In this document: positions 47,818 through 57,309 of the stretch, piece after piece
How the letters are laid out: each line of letters opens with the position of its first letter
Position numbering within the stretch: position 1 is the first letter of the stretch
From: Polyangiaceae bacterium
Lineage (GTDB): Bacteria; Myxococcota_A; Polyangia; Polyangiales; Polyangiaceae
Reading direction: 5' to 3'
NCBI GenBank assembly: GCA_033763455.1
Contig: JANRKO010000047.1
Span: 96,001 to 160,000 of the forward strand
Length of the DNA stretch: 64,000 nt
Position numbers and translations under genes: made by a program
Notes under the pieces: generated by a model
The model's database searches: none
The model's input: the letters and a program-made list of their open reading frames with translations, nothing else
What the model was told of the DNA's origin: nothing

Positions 47818-49143
47818 AATACTCACAAAGCTAGTAGCCAGCGCCATCAGCGCCCAAACATGGCGGGCCTCTTCGACCGCGGCAAAAAAGCCATGGAAGA
47901 GGAACGCTCCCGTGAAGCACGCGAGCAGTACCACCGCAAGAGCACGAGAGTCCCCTGAAGAAGAACGGGTTAACTCGCCTACAGGTTTCCAAATCACCCA
48001 GAGGAGGACCAGCAACGCAAGCAGACCCAAAACCCCGGATTGACCTGCAACATTTAGCCACACGTTGTGCGCTTCTAGCCATTGGGGAGCCAACTCACTG
48101 CCCAGCAGCTTGTCTAGCTTCGTGGCGGGCACGAATGCCCGTGGGTCACTGACAAGCGCAACGGGGCGGCCGTAGCCGATGCCAGTGATCGGATGCTCTC
48201 TCAGTGTCGTCCAGGCGGCGCGCCAAACGGACGGGCGGGAGGCGCCAGTGATAGCAACACCGTGGTCCCCCCAGGTAAAGTCCCCTTTGCCGGCTGGCAC
48301 CACTGATGCTACAGAGGCAAACACCAAAATCGCCGCGGCAGCGAGCGTTCCAACGCTAGAGGCGAGAAGAACGGCTGGCCGCCACATTGTTCGGTTCGGC
48401 CTCCAACGATTAAACAGTACAGCGAGGGAACCCGCCAAGAGGGCTGGGAAACCATTAGACATGGCCAATGCACCGACCACGAGCGCACCTAACCCGCCGA
48501 GCACAAGGACCGTGGACGAAAGGCGATCCCAGAGCGCAAACAAGCCCAAGGGAACCGCCACGGCGAGGTAGTTTTCCAACATGTTCGAGTTGCGAAACGG
48601 TGCGCACAACCGCGGAAGGTCCCCCGGGGAAAGGCTCCCATACCCGCAGCTTAGCAGCGTATTCACGCCGCCAGGGTCCCAGTAGAAGGCCACTAACCCG
48701 ACGATCCCTGTAACCACCGATGCGGCTGCGCCAAGCGCCCATGCGACAAGCACTTTTTCGACTTTCGCTCTGCTATCAACGACTGTCGGCCAAACTGCAA
48801 CCTGGAGAATGTACCCTCCGTACGCGACCAGCTTAACGAAGCCCCACGGGCTCGCCAGCGTAGAGGCCAGGAGCGACACAGCCAGTGCCGCCAGAAAACT
48901 AAGCGCAGAAAGCACCGGCGCCCGCCACTCGACGCGATGCACGCCCCGAACCGATTGGCACACCCACACGCAATAAAACGCAACCAGAAGCGCATCCGAG
49001 AGGGTTACCGGTGTGGCTCCGATCGTGGCGGAAATTCGAGGTAACGCGAGCGACAGAACTCCGAGGCGAAGGATACAAAAAGACAGACCCCCAGTGCCTT
49101 CGGAGGGCTCAATTGTCAATTCCCTGCCTGGCAAGGGCGTCAT
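47740..49143 (-). CDS. O-antigen ligase (WaaL/Wzy_C) family protein
   Basis: PRL..PF.N.NML.NYL, R..VW.AA.....HP.TGIGYG, EAHNVWL...Q.G.LG. Confidence 0.82.
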   Translation of the reverse strand: MTPLPGRELTIEPSEGTGGLSFCILRLGVLSLALPRISATIGATPVTLSDALLVAFYCVWVCQSVRGVHRVEWRAPVLSALSFLAALAVSLLASTLASPWGFVKLVAYGGYILQVAVWPTVVDSRAKVEKVLVAWALGAAASVVTGIVGLVAFYWDPGGVNTLLSCGYGSLSPGDLPRLCAPFRNSNMLENYLAVAVPLGLFALWDRLSSTVLVLGGLGALVVGALAMSNGFPALLAGSLAVLFNRWRPNRTMWRPAVLLASSVGTLAAAAILVFASVASVVPAGKGDFTWGDHGVAITGASRPSVWRAAWTTLREHPITGIGYGRPVALVSDPRAFVPATKLDKLLGSELAPQWLEAHNVWLNVAGQSGVLGLLALLVLLWVIWKPVGELTRSSSGDSRALAVVLLACFTGAFLFHGFFAAVEEARHVWALMALATSFVSISERSRRIPTVLSRSSVALHSDKTQQ

Positions 49144-49376
49144 CCTCGATTAGAGGTATGGCACGTTTCGGAGATGCTAATCAACACTCGGGTCCCCGTC
49201 TTCGAGGGCGCATTTGCGAGGGTTACGCGAAGTGGTTGCGGGGCGCGCCAACCCGGGCGAAACAGCCATCCCCCGCCCAACAAACAATCGGCGCGCAACT
49301 TTGCATGCTTTACTTCCCACAATCCTTTTCCGGGGATCCGTTGCACCAGGCGTGGTAGCTTGATATGCGTGGTGTT

Positions 49377-51209
49377 GTGTGTGGTATCGTCGGCATTGTA
49401 TCGAACGAGCGGATAAGCGTCGAAGCCCTCACGACTGCCCGCGACACACTCTCTCATCGCGGGCGTGACGACAGCGGCACATGGTTGTCTCCTTCGGGAC
49501 GGGCGGCATTGGCACACCGGCGTCTCTCGATCCTCGACCTTTCCTCCGCGGGCCGCCAGCCATTATTGAGCGCACAGGGCCGCCTTGCAATCTCGTACAA
49601 TGGCGAGATTTACAATTTTGCTGAATTGCGACGAGACTTGCAGGGTTTCGGTCACTCCTTTCGAACAAATACCGACACAGAGGTGGTGTTAGCTGCTTAC
49701 GACCAGTGGGGCCCAGATTGCGTCCGTCGGTTTCGCGGGATGTTCGCGTTTGCCATTTGGGACGAACGCAAACAAGAATTGTTTATTGCGCGGGATCGGC
49801 TTGGGATCAAACCACTCTACTATTACCACGACGGGACGACGTTTGCGTTCGCATCTGAGCTCAAAGCGATCGAGAGACTATCGTCCTTGACGTTGGTTGT
49901 CGATGAGACAGCCTTGTACGACTTCCTTACGTACATGTATATTCCAGCCCCAAAAACGCCCTATACCAACGTAAGGAAGGTTTTGCCTGCACACACCCTG
50001 ACGCTGAGCGATGGGCGCTTGACTACTCACTGCTATTGGGATGTGGCGTTCGATAGCCACGGGGGACCGAAAAGCGAGAAGGATGCCGTCGAGGGTGTGA
50101 CGAGCCTCTTGCGGGACGCCGTGAGAAGCCACTTGGTGGCCGACGTGCCGGTCGGGTGTCTCCTCTCGGGCGGCGTAGATTCAAGCGGTGTGACGGCCAT
50201 TGCTCAAGAATTTGTTGCACGTCCGCTTCAGACTTTCTCAATTGGATTTGATGTCGCAAGTCAGAATGAAACATTATTCGCGCGGGAGATCGCTAACAAG
50301 TTCAGAACCGAGCACACTGAGTACACGGTTTCAGCGGCGCGAGCGAAGGAGTTACTCGGGCGCCTTCCGGGAATCTACGACGAACCATTTGGCGATAGCT
50401 CGGCAATTCCGACCTTTGCCGTTTGCGAGCTCGCCAAACGTTCAGTTACCGTGGCACTCAGCGGGGATGGAGGCGACGAAGTGTTCGGAGGTTACACCTG
50501 GTACGAAAGGCACCGCACTCTGAGGTCGCTAGCCCACCTCCCCGATGCCTTTCGCGAACTCTTTCCGTTTGCGATCGATCGATCGGCACTTTTACGCCTC
50601 CCTAGGGTCCCTGCGATCCTGAATCGCATCCGTTCTCAGATCGAGCGTCACGTTTTGCTGTTGGGAGGATTTAGCAAGGGACAAAAGGCTACGCTGCTAA
50701 CGCCTGAAATGGCTCGTCGCTATCGAGACTACGACGACTATTGGTATTTTAAGGCCCACTGGCGAGCAGATTTGCCACTCATTTCCCGCCTTCAATACCT
50801 CGATCTCCACACCTATTTGCCCGACGACATCTTGACCAAGGTGGATCGCGCCAGCATGGCGCTCGGGCTTGAGCTGCGTCCCCCACTAATCGACCACCCG
50901 CTGCTGGAATTTGTCGCGTCTGTTCCAGCGAAGATTCGAGTGCCACCGGGACGGCTGAAACATCTTCTTAAGATGGCCCTTCGGGAGGTCCTCCCTCGTT
51001 CTATTCTGGAAAGGCCCAAGCAGGGGTTCAGCGTCCCTTTGGCGGCATGGGCTGCTGAGCTTCGATTGCCGGCACACAGAAGCTGGTCTGGAACTGTTAC
51101 CCAAAGCTGGCTCACGCACGTTTTGGCTACCTGGGAGCGTGCGCATAATTTCGGGGGCCGCACTAAATTGATCAACGAGCGCTTGTTCCAGGGTCCAACC
51201 GCACAATGA
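49377..51209 (+). CDS. asnB: Asparagine-synthase-type glutamine amidotransferase
   Basis: GTG start gives the Ntn Cys2 (CGI.G); HRRLSILDL, NGEIYN, RDRLGIKPLY, LSGGVDSS, SGDGGDE, KVDRASM. Confidence 0.93.
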   Translation: MCGIVGIVSNERISVEALTTARDTLSHRGRDDSGTWLSPSGRAALAHRRLSILDLSSAGRQPLLSAQGRLAISYNGEIYNFAELRRDLQGFGHSFRTNTDTEVVLAAYDQWGPDCVRRFRGMFAFAIWDERKQELFIARDRLGIKPLYYYHDGTTFAFASELKAIERLSSLTLVVDETALYDFLTYMYIPAPKTPYTNVRKVLPAHTLTLSDGRLTTHCYWDVAFDSHGGPKSEKDAVEGVTSLLRDAVRSHLVADVPVGCLLSGGVDSSGVTAIAQEFVARPLQTFSIGFDVASQNETLFAREIANKFRTEHTEYTVSAARAKELLGRLPGIYDEPFGDSSAIPTFAVCELAKRSVTVALSGDGGDEVFGGYTWYERHRTLRSLAHLPDAFRELFPFAIDRSALLRLPRVPAILNRIRSQIERHVLLLGGFSKGQKATLLTPEMARRYRDYDDYWYFKAHWRADLPLISRLQYLDLHTYLPDDILTKVDRASMALGLELRPPLIDHPLLEFVASVPAKIRVPPGRLKHLLKMALREVLPRSILERPKQGFSVPLAAWAAELRLPAHRSWSGTVTQSWLTHVLATWERAHNFGGRTKLINERLFQGPTAQ

Positions 51210-52369
51210 GAATTGCCTATATTTCAGAAAACTATCAGCCCTCCATCGCTGCCAATTCCACACAGACTCTTCAAATGGCCGCCGCGCTGGGAGCGCTCGG
51301 GCACAAGGTCGAGGTTCTCTCACCCAATCATCCGAGTGCAGTTCGAGAAGCTAGGTTTGCTCGCCTCTGCGAAGACTATTCCCTCGAACCGACCTTCTTA
51401 CTACGCTATCTTCCCCATCTAAGGTTAGCCAACGGACGGTTCGGTGGCTCATTTGGGCTCCTGGCGACGTTTCTGGCTCGGGCCGAGAACTTCGATCTTG
51501 TCTTTACGCGAAATGTCCGAATTGCTTCCGCAGCCGCAAGGCTAGGTTGTCGCGTTGTTCAGGAATCGCACTCCCCTCACGGCTCGGCCGAAAGTGAGCG
51601 CCAGCATAAAGCCGCCCTTCGCCTCGCGAGAAGTCCTTCGCTAAAACGCTGGGTCTTTATAAGCAAAAGGCTTATGGATCTCGTCCGTGAAGACGTCCCG
51701 ATCCCTGGCCCGCTCTGTGTGGTTGCCCACGACGCGGTCGACCTCGCTCGGTTCTCACCAGGGATGGCAAGGGATGAGGCGAGAGCGAAACTTGGGCTTG
51801 CCCTGCCACGACCTTTGGTAGTGCATTCCGGGCACCTGTATCCCGGGCGGGGTGCAGACCTTCTTGTCCAAGTCGCTCAGCGCCTTCCGCAGGCTGACTT
51901 TGTGTTTGTCGGCGGCGCCAGCCACGATATTGCCCGCATCCAAGCGGAGGCTAAGAAGCTTAAGCTTTCCAACGTGCGGCTCGTAGGCCACCTTCGGCTA
52001 CCGGACATTCCGCCCTATTTGTTCGCCGCCAATGTCCTCGTTATGCCCTACACCTCTAACACGGTCACGTCTGATCGAAAGACGCATACAATCGAATACG
52101 CTTCGCCCATGAAGCTCTTTGAGTACATGGCCGCTGGCCGCGGGATCGTGGCCACACGGTTCCCGGCCATCCTTGAAGTCCTTAAAGACGGCACCAACGC
52201 ACGTATTGTTGAGGCGGACTCGGTTGAGGCTCTCTACAACGGCATTCTAGACTTGGTGTCAAATCCCAGCGCTTCTGACCTTCTCGGTGCCCAGGCGCGG
52301 GCGGATGTGAGCTCCCATACCTGGGAAGGTCGCGCCAGAACCATCCTGCAAGGTCTGGAGATCTCTTGA
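51206..52369 (+). CDS. Glycosyltransferase, GT4 family
   Basis: AN..QT.QM..A, GHLYPGRG, SPMKLFEYMAAG. Confidence 0.9.
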   Translation: MRIAYISENYQPSIAANSTQTLQMAAALGALGHKVEVLSPNHPSAVREARFARLCEDYSLEPTFLLRYLPHLRLANGRFGGSFGLLATFLARAENFDLVFTRNVRIASAAARLGCRVVQESHSPHGSAESERQHKAALRLARSPSLKRWVFISKRLMDLVREDVPIPGPLCVVAHDAVDLARFSPGMARDEARAKLGLALPRPLVVHSGHLYPGRGADLLVQVAQRLPQADFVFVGGASHDIARIQAEAKKLKLSNVRLVGHLRLPDIPPYLFAANVLVMPYTSNTVTSDRKTHTIEYASPMKLFEYMAAGRGIVATRFPAILEVLKDGTNARIVEADSVEALYNGILDLVSNPSASDLLGAQARADVSSHTWEGRARTILQGLEIS

Positions 52370-53247
52370 TGCTTCCAAAACCGGCATGCGCGTGCGGCGC
52401 CGTTCTCGAATGGCGGGTAATGATCGGTATCGGCGCCGACGGTACCCCTCGTTCGATCCTCCGGTGCCGCCGCTGCGACTTATTGTCACCCCATCCGCTG
52501 CCCTCAGCAGAGGAACTGCGTGCCCAGTATAATGGATATGGAACCTATGCCATGCGTGCACAGCTTTCAGACGACGTGGCACTCAAACGTTCGCAAGCCC
52601 AGGATGTAGCGGCGAAGCTCAAAAAGCGCCTGGGGAAGAGTATCCAAGGCCTTAAGCTGGTTGAAGTGGGATGCGCCGCCGGAGCCCTTCTCGTCGGATT
52701 GGCAGACGCGGGGTTCGACGTCCGGGGTGTCGAGGTGGACCAGGTGAACGGCCAAGTGGCGCTCCAGCGAATGGGTACTGGAAAGGTTCACATCGGATCA
52801 TTGGAAACGGCTGCCTTCGCCGATGAGTCGTTTGATGTTGTTTTCTCAGACCAGGTTATCGAACACGTTGCAGACACTCGACCATTCGTGAACGAGTGTT
52901 TTCGAATTCTGAAGCCCGGGGGGCTGATGTGGGTTGGAACCCCAAACTTTGGAGGCCTCTCAGCAAGACTGCTAAAGCACCGGTGGAAGGAATGCGTTCC
53001 GACAGAACACATACGTATGTTTACGCCTGAGTCGATGAGATACTACCTGATGGGCGGTGGGTTCTCTAGGGTGGAGGTTTGGACTCACGGTCTCTCACTC
53101 GTCCGGCGCGTTGGCCATGCGGAATCGGAGTATCGTCAGAACCTCTTGCCTCTACGTCGCGAAGGGTTGGCTAGGCGCACTCTCTCTAAGTTAGCTTCCT
53201 TGGCGTCGATGGGTGATGGTCTTTCAGCCTTTGCTCTGCGATCCTAG
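52369..53247 (+). CDS. Class I SAM methyltransferase with an N-terminal Zn-ribbon
   Basis: CAC...CRRC; VEVGCAAG; FDVV...VIEHV; LKPGG...TPN. Confidence 0.88.
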   Translation: MLPKPACACGAVLEWRVMIGIGADGTPRSILRCRRCDLLSPHPLPSAEELRAQYNGYGTYAMRAQLSDDVALKRSQAQDVAAKLKKRLGKSIQGLKLVEVGCAAGALLVGLADAGFDVRGVEVDQVNGQVALQRMGTGKVHIGSLETAAFADESFDVVFSDQVIEHVADTRPFVNECFRILKPGGLMWVGTPNFGGLSARLLKHRWKECVPTEHIRMFTPESMRYYLMGGGFSRVEVWTHGLSLVRRVGHAESEYRQNLLPLRREGLARRTLSKLASLASMGDGLSAFALRS

Positions 53248-53335
53248 CTGGCCTTTGCTGCTCACCCGCAATGTCGTCGAGCGAATGTCAAAGCTTCACG
53301 AGGCTAAACCTCTCTGACAGCACGCAAAGGGCGAA

Positions 53336-54703
53336 ATGCCAACTCGCGCCTCTCCGCCTATGAATTCGAGCACTGAAAAGTCGATACTTCAACGGTCTCT
53401 CAACGGCCTCGCTGGTCAGGGACTCTGGACTGCGGCCGGAACTGTAACGAGTTCCGCAATTGGGTTGGCTCAAGTTGTCATAGTGACGAGGCTGCTCGGC
53501 GTGGAAACGTTTGGACAAATCGCACTAATAATGGCGGTTACCTTGACCGTGCGTCAAGTCGTCGGCGTGCGTGTGTGGGAGTGGGCCATGCGCGAATTCT
53601 CCGGTGCGTACGTTAGGCGAGATGCTGCCGCGGGCGGAACGGTGATTCGAACGGGGTTCGCCTTGAGTATAGGGGTTAATCTTGTGTCTTTTTTGATCGT
53701 GCTGGGAGTGAGTCGCTTCTCGGCTCAGAACTTCCTCCACGCTGAGAACCTAACCGTATGGATAGCAATATACGGCATGTCACTCCTCGTCAGCTGGATT
53801 CCCGACACCGCTTACGGCGTGATGCGTGTTTCGGAGCGATTCCGCTTTTTGGCGGTCCAATCGGTCGTGTTGAGTTTGCTGCGGTTTTCAATTCTTTCTG
53901 GTGCAGCTTGGTTCAGGCCGACTGTGGGAAGCGCGGTCGTAGCTTATCTTGCGGTCGAGTCTTTGTCTGCAGCGTGGATGCTCGCCTCCACTGGGCGCAT
54001 TTTCAGGAAGGACTTCGGGATATCCTGGTGGCAAGCCTCAAGGTCGCGCCGCTTGCTTTTTGATCGTTCGATGCGAAAGCTGCTTCTCATCGGGAGCTTG
54101 ACAGACCTTCTAAAGATTGCGGGCGGGCGGGCTGACCTTCTCGTCCTCGGCTGGTTTAGCCCTCCAAGCGACGTGGGGTTGTATCGGGCTGCGTGGAATC
54201 TCGTCGAGATCTTTGATAGGTTGTCCAGCCCACTGTCAATGATCGTTTTCTCACGCCTTGCCAAGCTTGCGACGCTTAAGGCCCGTTCTGAGTATCTGGC
54301 GCTCCTAAGAAACATCTCCTTAGGGGCGGCTGCCTTGGTGATTCCTGGGTGTTTGAGCTTGTTTTTTCTTGCCCCATGGCTTGTTGCGACTCTGTATGGT
54401 CCAAGCTACGCTCCCGCGACTCGGATTGTGCAAACAGTCGCCTGGTGTCCTCTTTGGCTGGTGGGTATTTGGATGCAGCCCAACTCCGTGAGTGTTGGGC
54501 GGGCCGAATGGGGGCTAAAGTTAGTTACCGGCGTGACGATCTGGAAATTGGCCTTGTTGGCTGCATTTGTTCCAACGCTCGGCGCTCAGGGATTGGCGAG
54601 CGCAAACTTGCTTTACAATCTGGCCATTCCACTTTTCCTACCGTGGATGTACGTGCAGACGAAAAAACTCACAAAACTTTGGGTCGCTATACCCACCGAA
54701 TAG
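53336..54703 (+). CDS. wzx: Wzx flippase
   Basis: TRLLG.E.FG, D.L.LG.F.....VGLY.AA, LYG..Y; multi-TM. Confidence 0.85.
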   Translation: MPTRASPPMNSSTEKSILQRSLNGLAGQGLWTAAGTVTSSAIGLAQVVIVTRLLGVETFGQIALIMAVTLTVRQVVGVRVWEWAMREFSGAYVRRDAAAGGTVIRTGFALSIGVNLVSFLIVLGVSRFSAQNFLHAENLTVWIAIYGMSLLVSWIPDTAYGVMRVSERFRFLAVQSVVLSLLRFSILSGAAWFRPTVGSAVVAYLAVESLSAAWMLASTGRIFRKDFGISWWQASRSRRLLFDRSMRKLLLIGSLTDLLKIAGGRADLLVLGWFSPPSDVGLYRAAWNLVEIFDRLSSPLSMIVFSRLAKLATLKARSEYLALLRNISLGAAALVIPGCLSLFFLAPWLVATLYGPSYAPATRIVQTVAWCPLWLVGIWMQPNSVSVGRAEWGLKLVTGVTIWKLALLAAFVPTLGAQGLASANLLYNLAIPLFLPWMYVQTKKLTKLWVAIPTE

Positions 54704-54715
54704 AGGACAGGCAAA

Positions 54716-55453
54716 ATGGTTAGCAAGGAGGAGCTGTTACGGCGCAACTTCGGTATCCCCGCTGGTTACGAGGTGAATTCGATCCCCGTCACGTTGGATT
54801 CCAGGTCGGAGTCTGTCTACTGGAACGAAAATAGAGTAGCGGCCGCCCAGAGTTTCCAATTTCCCGTCTATCGATACGCGGCTGGGCTCGTTAGGAAGCA
54901 CGGATTCCAGACGATTCTCGACATCGGTTGCGGTGTGGGTGTCAAACTCGCACTGCTTCACAAGGAAAATGCGGGCGGACGAATTGTCGGGATAGATCAA
55001 CCAAGGGCGGTTGAGTACTGCCAGAAACACTTGGCTTTTGGCGAATGGTACAGCGATGACTTCGAGAACCCTCGCCTCGACTTGAATGTAGACGCAGATC
55101 TTGTCATTGCCGCCGATGTTATCGAGCACCTTGTCGACCCCAACTGCTTACTAGACTACGCACGACGCCGAATGAAACCCGACGGATTAATGCTCTTGTC
55201 TACGCCCGATCGGGAACGCCTCTGGGGGCGCGGGATGATGAGGAGTCCAAACCCATCACATGTTCGCGAATGGACTGCCCAGGAATTTGGGGGTTACCTT
55301 CGCAGTCGCGGATTTTTCGTGGTTGAACATTTTCATCAACTTCCTGTAAAAACGGAGATCTCTCGAATGTTCTTCCGGGAAGTGGTGCGACGCGTGCTAC
55401 GGGGCCAATCGCCAGCGTACAATCAGGTTTGTTTGGTCAAAGCGCTCCCGTGA
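54716..55453 (+). CDS. Class I SAM methyltransferase
   Basis: LDIGCGVG, ADVIEHL.DP, STPDR, HVREW. Confidence 0.88.
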   Translation: MVSKEELLRRNFGIPAGYEVNSIPVTLDSRSESVYWNENRVAAAQSFQFPVYRYAAGLVRKHGFQTILDIGCGVGVKLALLHKENAGGRIVGIDQPRAVEYCQKHLAFGEWYSDDFENPRLDLNVDADLVIAADVIEHLVDPNCLLDYARRRMKPDGLMLLSTPDRERLWGRGMMRSPNPSHVREWTAQEFGGYLRSRGFFVVEHFHQLPVKTEISRMFFREVVRRVLRGQSPAYNQVCLVKALP

Positions 55454-55624
55454 GAGCCTGCAGGGCCTGCTCCTCCAGGCGAACTCCTCGCAGGGGACAT
55501 GCAGGGGCGAGCATCCCTTGACCGAAGTGTTCGATATCCACTACAACCATCCTGAACCGGTGGCAGGGAAGAAAGCGCATCCACCCAGAAGCCCAGGCGC
55601 ACCGAGGCGGGAGGCTCCACCGAG

Positions 55625-56599
55625 ATGGGCGCTGTAGTAGGCACTGCGAAAGGGTCGGTCTGCGTGCTCATGCCAGTCTACGACGATTGGCAGTCGGCCC
55701 AAGTGCTCGCCCGCGAGCTTCTATCCAAGCTCACGCCCCACGTTGGAATTCCTCGAGTGGTCTTTGTGGATGATGGATCGCAAGAGCCCTTTCTGAACCC
55801 AGCACCAGGTCCGGGCGAAGATCAGGTGGAGGTGCTTCATTTGCGCCGCAACGTTGGGCACCAACGAGCAATTGCCATCGGCTTGGCCCACGTTCAGGCA
55901 ACTGGTGGCTACCGTGCCCTCGTTGTGATGGATGCAGACGGTGAGGATACCGTGGAAGGCGCACTCGCACTCCTCCAAAGGTTCGACGAATTAGAGGGGA
56001 GGCATACCGTTTTTGGTGCGCGCAGACGGCGAACTGAAAACTTCACGTTTCGCTTCTCCTACCGCGCGTACCGCGTGCTCCATGCTTTGCTCACGGGCCG
56101 TGAGGCACGGGAAGGGAACTTCTGTGTGCTCCCCCGCCACCACGTAGACCGCATGGCTGCTGTTTCCGAGCTCTGGAATCATTTCGCGGCCTCTATCTTT
56201 AAAGCACGTTTACCGATTGATCGGATCTTCATTGATCGCGGTGTGCGCATCGCAGGCAAATCGAAAATGAACTTCCTTTCGCTCATCACGCACGGCTTGA
56301 GCGCGATATCCGTTTTCGCAGACATCGTGGGTTTGAGGCTGCTGATAGCCACTTTCTTCCTGGCACTCGTGGTGGGGCTCTCACTGCTTGGCGTCATTTT
56401 AGTGCGGCTCACTACCGGGCTGGCCGTGCCAGGTTGGGCCACCGCAGCTACCGGTTTACTGCTCATCCTCCTAAGCCAAGCCGGCTTGTTGGCGTTCGTG
56501 TTCGTATTCATCGTCCTACAATCTAGGAACATGGCCTCGTTTATTCCCCTGCGTGACTACTCCTTTTTCGTCGAACGAGTTGCCTGCCACAAGATATGA
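55625..56599 (+). CDS. GT2 polyprenyl-phosphate glycosyltransferase (GtrB-like)
   Basis: MPVYDD, VDDGS, RNVGHQRAI..GL, MDADGED, R..G.SK; two C-terminal TM segments. Confidence 0.87.
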   Translation: MGAVVGTAKGSVCVLMPVYDDWQSAQVLARELLSKLTPHVGIPRVVFVDDGSQEPFLNPAPGPGEDQVEVLHLRRNVGHQRAIAIGLAHVQATGGYRALVVMDADGEDTVEGALALLQRFDELEGRHTVFGARRRRTENFTFRFSYRAYRVLHALLTGREAREGNFCVLPRHHVDRMAAVSELWNHFAASIFKARLPIDRIFIDRGVRIAGKSKMNFLSLITHGLSAISVFADIVGLRLLIATFFLALVVGLSLLGVILVRLTTGLAVPGWATAATGLLLILLSQAGLLAFVFVFIVLQSRNMASFIPLRDYSFFVERVACHKI

Positions 56600-57309
56600 T
56601 TCACACTGATAAATATGCTGGGTCTGAGCTGGAATTGTTCGCCCAAGCTCACAATTGGAAGGCTTACTTCCGAAAAATCTTGGCACCGCACATTCGTGGC
56701 AAGATCCTGGAAGTGGGGGCCGGCATCGGAGGCACCACACGCGTTCTCCGAGGGCTTACCCAGGGCCCGTGGACCTGCCTGGAGCCCGATAAAGAGCTCG
56801 TGGAACAGCTCAGGGTCACCATTGCGACTGAGTTGCTCCGCGCGGACGCCGAGGTAGGAACCCTGCGTTCACTCCCAGAAGTGCCAACTTTCGATACCAT
56901 CTTATACATCGATGTGCTCGAACACATCGAACACGATGCCGAGGAGCTGGCGGAAGCAGCGAAGCGCTTGAATCCCGGAGGAACGATTGTCGTGCTTTCA
57001 CCCGCCCACGGCTGGCTCTTTACACCGTTCGATAGCGCTATCGGCCATTTCCGACGCTACAATAAGGAGGGGCTCCGCGCTCTCTGCCCTGCCACGTGCT
57101 TGAATCGAGACCTCTTCTATCTCGATTCGGTTGGCATGTTAGCATCAGGCGCGAACCGCCTTTTGCTCAAGAGCGCCATGCCTTCAAAGGCTCAAATTGC
57201 CGTATGGGATCGTATCATGATCCCGGCCACCGTCGTGGTTGACAGGTTAACGGGCCACCGATTGGGCAAGTCGATCGTCGCGACCTACGAGTTGCGTTCG
57301 GCGCCATGA
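56596..57309 (+). CDS. Class I SAM methyltransferase
   Basis: LEVGAGIG, DVLEHIE.D, PA...L....D.AIGHFRRY. Confidence 0.88.
   Translation: MIHTDKYAGSELELFAQAHNWKAYFRKILAPHIRGKILEVGAGIGGTTRVLRGLTQGPWTCLEPDKELVEQLRVTIATELLRADAEVGTLRSLPEVPTFDTILYIDVLEHIEHDAEELAEAAKRLNPGGTIVVLSPAHGWLFTPFDSAIGHFRRYNKEGLRALCPATCLNRDLFYLDSVGMLASGANRLLLKSAMPSKAQIAVWDRIMIPATVVVDRLTGHRLGKSIVATYELRSAP

Noticed and set aside
49159..49306. Sigma-54 promoters between the waaL-like gene and asnB
   Set aside because: The TGGCACG and GG...TTGC candidates do not have the strict GG-N10-GC spacing
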